DNA from: Macrostomum hystrix
Lineage: Eukaryota; Animalia; Platyhelminthes
DNA length: 64,000 nucleotides
Assembly: GCA_950097015.1 (NCBI GenBank)
Contig: CATNEN010000012.1
Coordinates: 2,790,001-2,854,000 of the forward strand
Direction: 5' to 3'
The position numbers and the translations under genes are program-made. Numbering within the stretch: position 1 is the stretch's first letter; every line of letters begins with the position of its first letter. Under the pieces are notes generated by a model. It did no database searches, was not told the DNA's origin, and was given only the letters and a program-made list of their open reading frames with translations. Positions 60,190 to 64,000 of this stretch are shown here, one piece after another.

Positions 60190-63100
60190 TCACCCCCAAT
60201 TCTAGCTCCCATCTCCCCCCCGATCTCCCCCACTCTCCCTCCGATCTCCCCCACTCTCCCTCCGATCTCCCCCACTCTCCCTCCGATCTCCCCCACTCTC
60301 CCTCCGATCTCCCACTCTCCCTCCGATCTCCCCCACTCTCCCTCCGATCTCCCCCACTCTCTCCGATCTCACCACTCTCCCTCCGATCTCCCCCACTCTC
60401 CCTCCGATCTCCCCCACTCTCCCTCCGATCTCCCAACCTCCCTCCGATCTCCCCCACTCTCCCTCCGATCTCCCCCACTCTCTCTTCGATGTCCCACTCT
60501 CCCTCCGATCTCCCCCACTCTCCCTCCGATCTCACCACTCTCTCTTTGATGTCCCCACTCTCCCTCCGATCTCCCCCACTCTCCCTCCGATCTCCCCCAC
60601 TCTCTCTTCGATGTCCCACTCTCCCTCCGATCTCCCCACTCTCCCTCCGATCTCCCCCACTCTCTCCGATCTCCCCCACTCTCTCCGATCTCACCACTCT
60701 CCCTCCGATCTCCCCCACTCTCTCTCCAATGTCCCCACTCTCTCTCCGATCTCCCCACTCTCCCTCCGATCTCCCCCACTCTCCCTCCGATCTCCCCCAC
60801 TCTCTCCGATCTCACCACTCTCCCTCCGATCTCCCCCACTCTCTCTCCAATGTCCCCACTCTCTCTCCGATCTCACCACTCTCTCTCTCCAATGTCCCCA
60901 CTCTCCCTCCGATCTCCCCCACTCTCCCTCCGATCTCCCCCACTCTCCCTCCGATCTCCCCCACTCTCTCCGATCTCACCACTCTCCCTCCGATCTCCCC
61001 CACTCTCTCTCCAATGTCCCCACTCTCTCTCCGATTTCCCCACTCTCCCTCCGATCTCCCCCACTCTCCCTCCGATCTCCCCCACTCTCTCCGATCTCAC
61101 CACTCTCCCTCCGATCTCCCCCACTCTCTCTCCAATGTCCCCACTCTCTCTCCGATCTCACCACTCTCTCTCTCCAATGTCCCCACTCTCCCTCCGATCT
61201 CCCCCACTCTCTCCGATCTCACCACTCTCCCTCCGATCTCCCCCACTCTCTCTCCAATGTCCCCACTCTCTCTCCGATCTCACCACTCTCTCTCTCCAAT
61301 GTCCCCACTCTCTCTCCGATCTCACCACTCTCTCTCCGATCTCACCACTCTCTCTCCGATCTCACCACTCTCTCTCCGATGTCTCCACTCTCCCTAAGAT
61401 CTCCCCCACTCTCCCTCCGATCTCCCCCACTCTCCCTCCGATCTCCCCCACTCTCTCCGATCTCACCACTCTCCCTCCGATCTCCCCCACTCTCTCTCCA
61501 ATGTCCCCACTCTCTCTCCGATCTCCCCACTCTCCCTCCGATCTCCCCCACTCTCCCTCCGATCTCCCCCACTCTCTCCGATCTCACCACTCTCCCTCCG
61601 ATCTCCCCCACTCTCTCTCCAATGTCCCCACTCTCTCTCCGATCTCACCACTCTCTCTCTCTCCAATGTCCCCACTCTCTCTCCGATCTCACCACTCTCT
61701 CTCCGATCTCACCACTCTCTCTCCGATCTCACCACTCTCTCTCCGATCTCTCCACTCTCCCTCCGATCTCCCCCACTCTCCCTCCGATCTCCCCCACTCT
61801 CCCTCCGATCTCCCCCACTCTCCCTCTGATCTCCCACTCTCTCCCTCCGATCTCCCCCACTTTCCCTCCGATCTCCCCCACTCTCTCTCCGATCTCATCA
61901 CTCTCCCTCATATCTCCCCCACTCTCCCTCCGATCTCCCCCACTCTCCCTCCGATCTCACCACTCTCTCTTTGATGTCCCCACTCTCCCTCCGATCTCCC
62001 CCACTCTCCCTCCGATCTCCCCCACTCTCTCTTCGATGTCCCACTCTCCCTCCGATCTCCCCACTCTCCCTCCGATCTCCCCCACTCTCCCTCCGATCTC
62101 CCACTCTCCCTCCGATCTCCCCCACTCTCCCTCCGATCTCCCCCACTCTCTCTTCGATGTCCCACTCTCCCTCCGATCTCCCCCACTCTCCCTCCGATCT
62201 CACCACTCTCTCTTTGATGTCCCCACTCTCCCTCCGATCTCCCCCACTCTCTCTTCGATGTCCCACTCTCCCTCCGATCTCCCCACTCTCCCTCCGATCT
62301 CCCCCACTCTCCCTCCGATCTCCCCCACTCTCTCCGATCTCACCACTCTCCCTCCGATCTCCCCCACTCTCTCTCCAATGTCCCCACTCTCTCTCCGATC
62401 TCCCCACTCTCCCTCCGATCTCCCCCACTCTCCCTCCGATCTCCCCCACTCTCTCCGATCTCACCACTCTCCCTCTGATCTCCCCCACTCTCTCTCCAAT
62501 GTCCCCACTCTCTCTCCGATCTCACCACTCTCTCTCTCCAATGTCCCCACTCTCCCTCCGATCTCCCCCCACTCTCCCTCCGATCTCCCCCACTCTCCCT
62601 CCGATCTCCCCCACTCTCTCCGATCTCACCACTCTCCCTCCGATCTCCCCCACTCTCTCTCCAATGTCCCCACTCTCCCTCCGATCTCCCCCACTCTCCC
62701 TCCGATCTCCCCCACTCTCTCCGATCTCACCACTCTCCCTCCGATCTCCCCCACTCTCTCTCCAATGTCCCCACTCTCTCTCCGATCTCACCACTCTCTC
62801 TCTCCAATGTCCCCACTCTCCCTCCGATCTCCCCCACTCTCCCTCCGATCTCCCCCACTCTCTCCGATCTCACCACTCTCCCTCCGATCTCCCCCACTCT
62901 CTCTCCAATGTCCCCACTCTCTCTCCGATCTCACCACTCTCTCTCTCCAATGTCCCCACTCTCTCTCCGATCTCACCACTCTCTCTCCGATCTCACCACT
63001 CTCTCTCCAATCTCCCCACTCTCCCTCCGATCTCCCCCACTCTCCCTCCGATCTCCCCCACTCTCTCCGATCTCACCACTCTCCCTCCGATCTCCCCCAC

Positions 63101-64000
63101 TCTCTCTCCAATGTCCCCACTCTCTCTCCGATCTCACCACTCTCTCTCTCTCCAATGTCCCCACTCTCTCTCCGATCTCACCACTCTCTCTCCGATCTCA
63201 CCACTCTCTCTCCGATCTCACCACTCTCTCTCCGATGTCTCCACTCTCCCTCCGATCTCCCCCACTCTCCCTCCGATCTCCCCCACTCTCCCTCCAATCT
63301 CCCCCACTCTCCCTCTGATCTCCCACTCTCTCCCTCCGATCTCCCCCACTCTCTCTCCAATGTCCCCACTCTCTCTCCGATTTCCCCACTCTCCCTCCGA
63401 TCTCCCCCACTCTCCCTCCGATCTCCCCCACTCTCTCCGATCTCACCACTCTCCCTCCGATCTCCCCCACTCTCTCTTCAATGTCCCCACTCTCTCTCCG
63501 ATCTCACCACTCTCTCTCTCCAATGTCCCCACTCTCCCTCCGATCTCCCCCACTCTCCCTCCGATCTCCCCCACTCTCCCTCCGATCTCCCCCACTCTCT
63601 CCGATCTCACCACTCTCCCTCCGATCACCCCCACTCTCTCTCCAATGTCCCCACTCTCTCTCCGATCTCACCACTCTCTCTCCGATCTCACCACTCTCCC
63701 TCTGATCTCCCACTCTCTCCCTCCGATCTCCCCCACTTTCCCTCCGATCTCCCCCACTCTCTCTCCGATCTCATCACTCTCCCTCATATCTCCCCCACTC
63801 TCCCTCCGATCTCCCCCACTCTCCCTCCGATCTCCCACTCTCCCTCCGATCTCCCCCACTCTCCCTCCGATCTCCCCCACTCTCTCTTCGATGTCCCACT
63901 CTCCCTCCGATCTCCCCCACTCTCCCTCCGATCTCACCACTCTCTCTTTGATGTCCCCACTCTCCCTCCGATCTCCCCCACTCTCTCTTCGATGTCCCAC
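60190..64000. repeat. C/T-rich satellite, about 21-nt unit ctccctccgatctcccccact with higher-order variants, runs off the window
   Basis: Direct reading. Confidence 0.96.

Overview
Intron-rich animal genomic DNA with GT-AG introns and GC-rich coding exons in AT-rich, repeat-laden non-coding DNA. The style resembles the flatworm Macrostomum; this is an inference, not verified. Four protein-coding genes were reconstructed by hand with consistent splice phases: (1) an AHR/spineless bHLH-PAS gene (+, 6830 to about 20300; exon 1 not in the window); (2) a Rab8-family GTPase (-, 27959-25483, 228 aa, CAAX CSLL); (3) a small PKA-inhibitor (PKI)-like gene (+, 31960-32226); (4) a TBC1D10/EPI64-like RabGAP (+, 33929-41793). 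About 33 different tandem mini/microsatellite arrays cover roughly 40-45% of the window (hand estimate) and explain most long ORFs in the ORF track. There are also two tRNA-headed SINEs and a PIF/Harbinger-type MITE. No recognisable gene was found in 47-64 kb. Most interesting: (a) Rab8 sits head-to-head with PKI followed by TBC1D10, and the TBC1D10 reading frame has no start codon of its own but begins at a phase-0 acceptor, as expected if a flatworm spliced leader ending in AUG supplies the initiator in a PKI-TBC1D10 operon; (b) locus-specific minisatellites sit next to splice sites, and several copy adjacent exon or splice-site sequence or are tandem arrays of splice signals.
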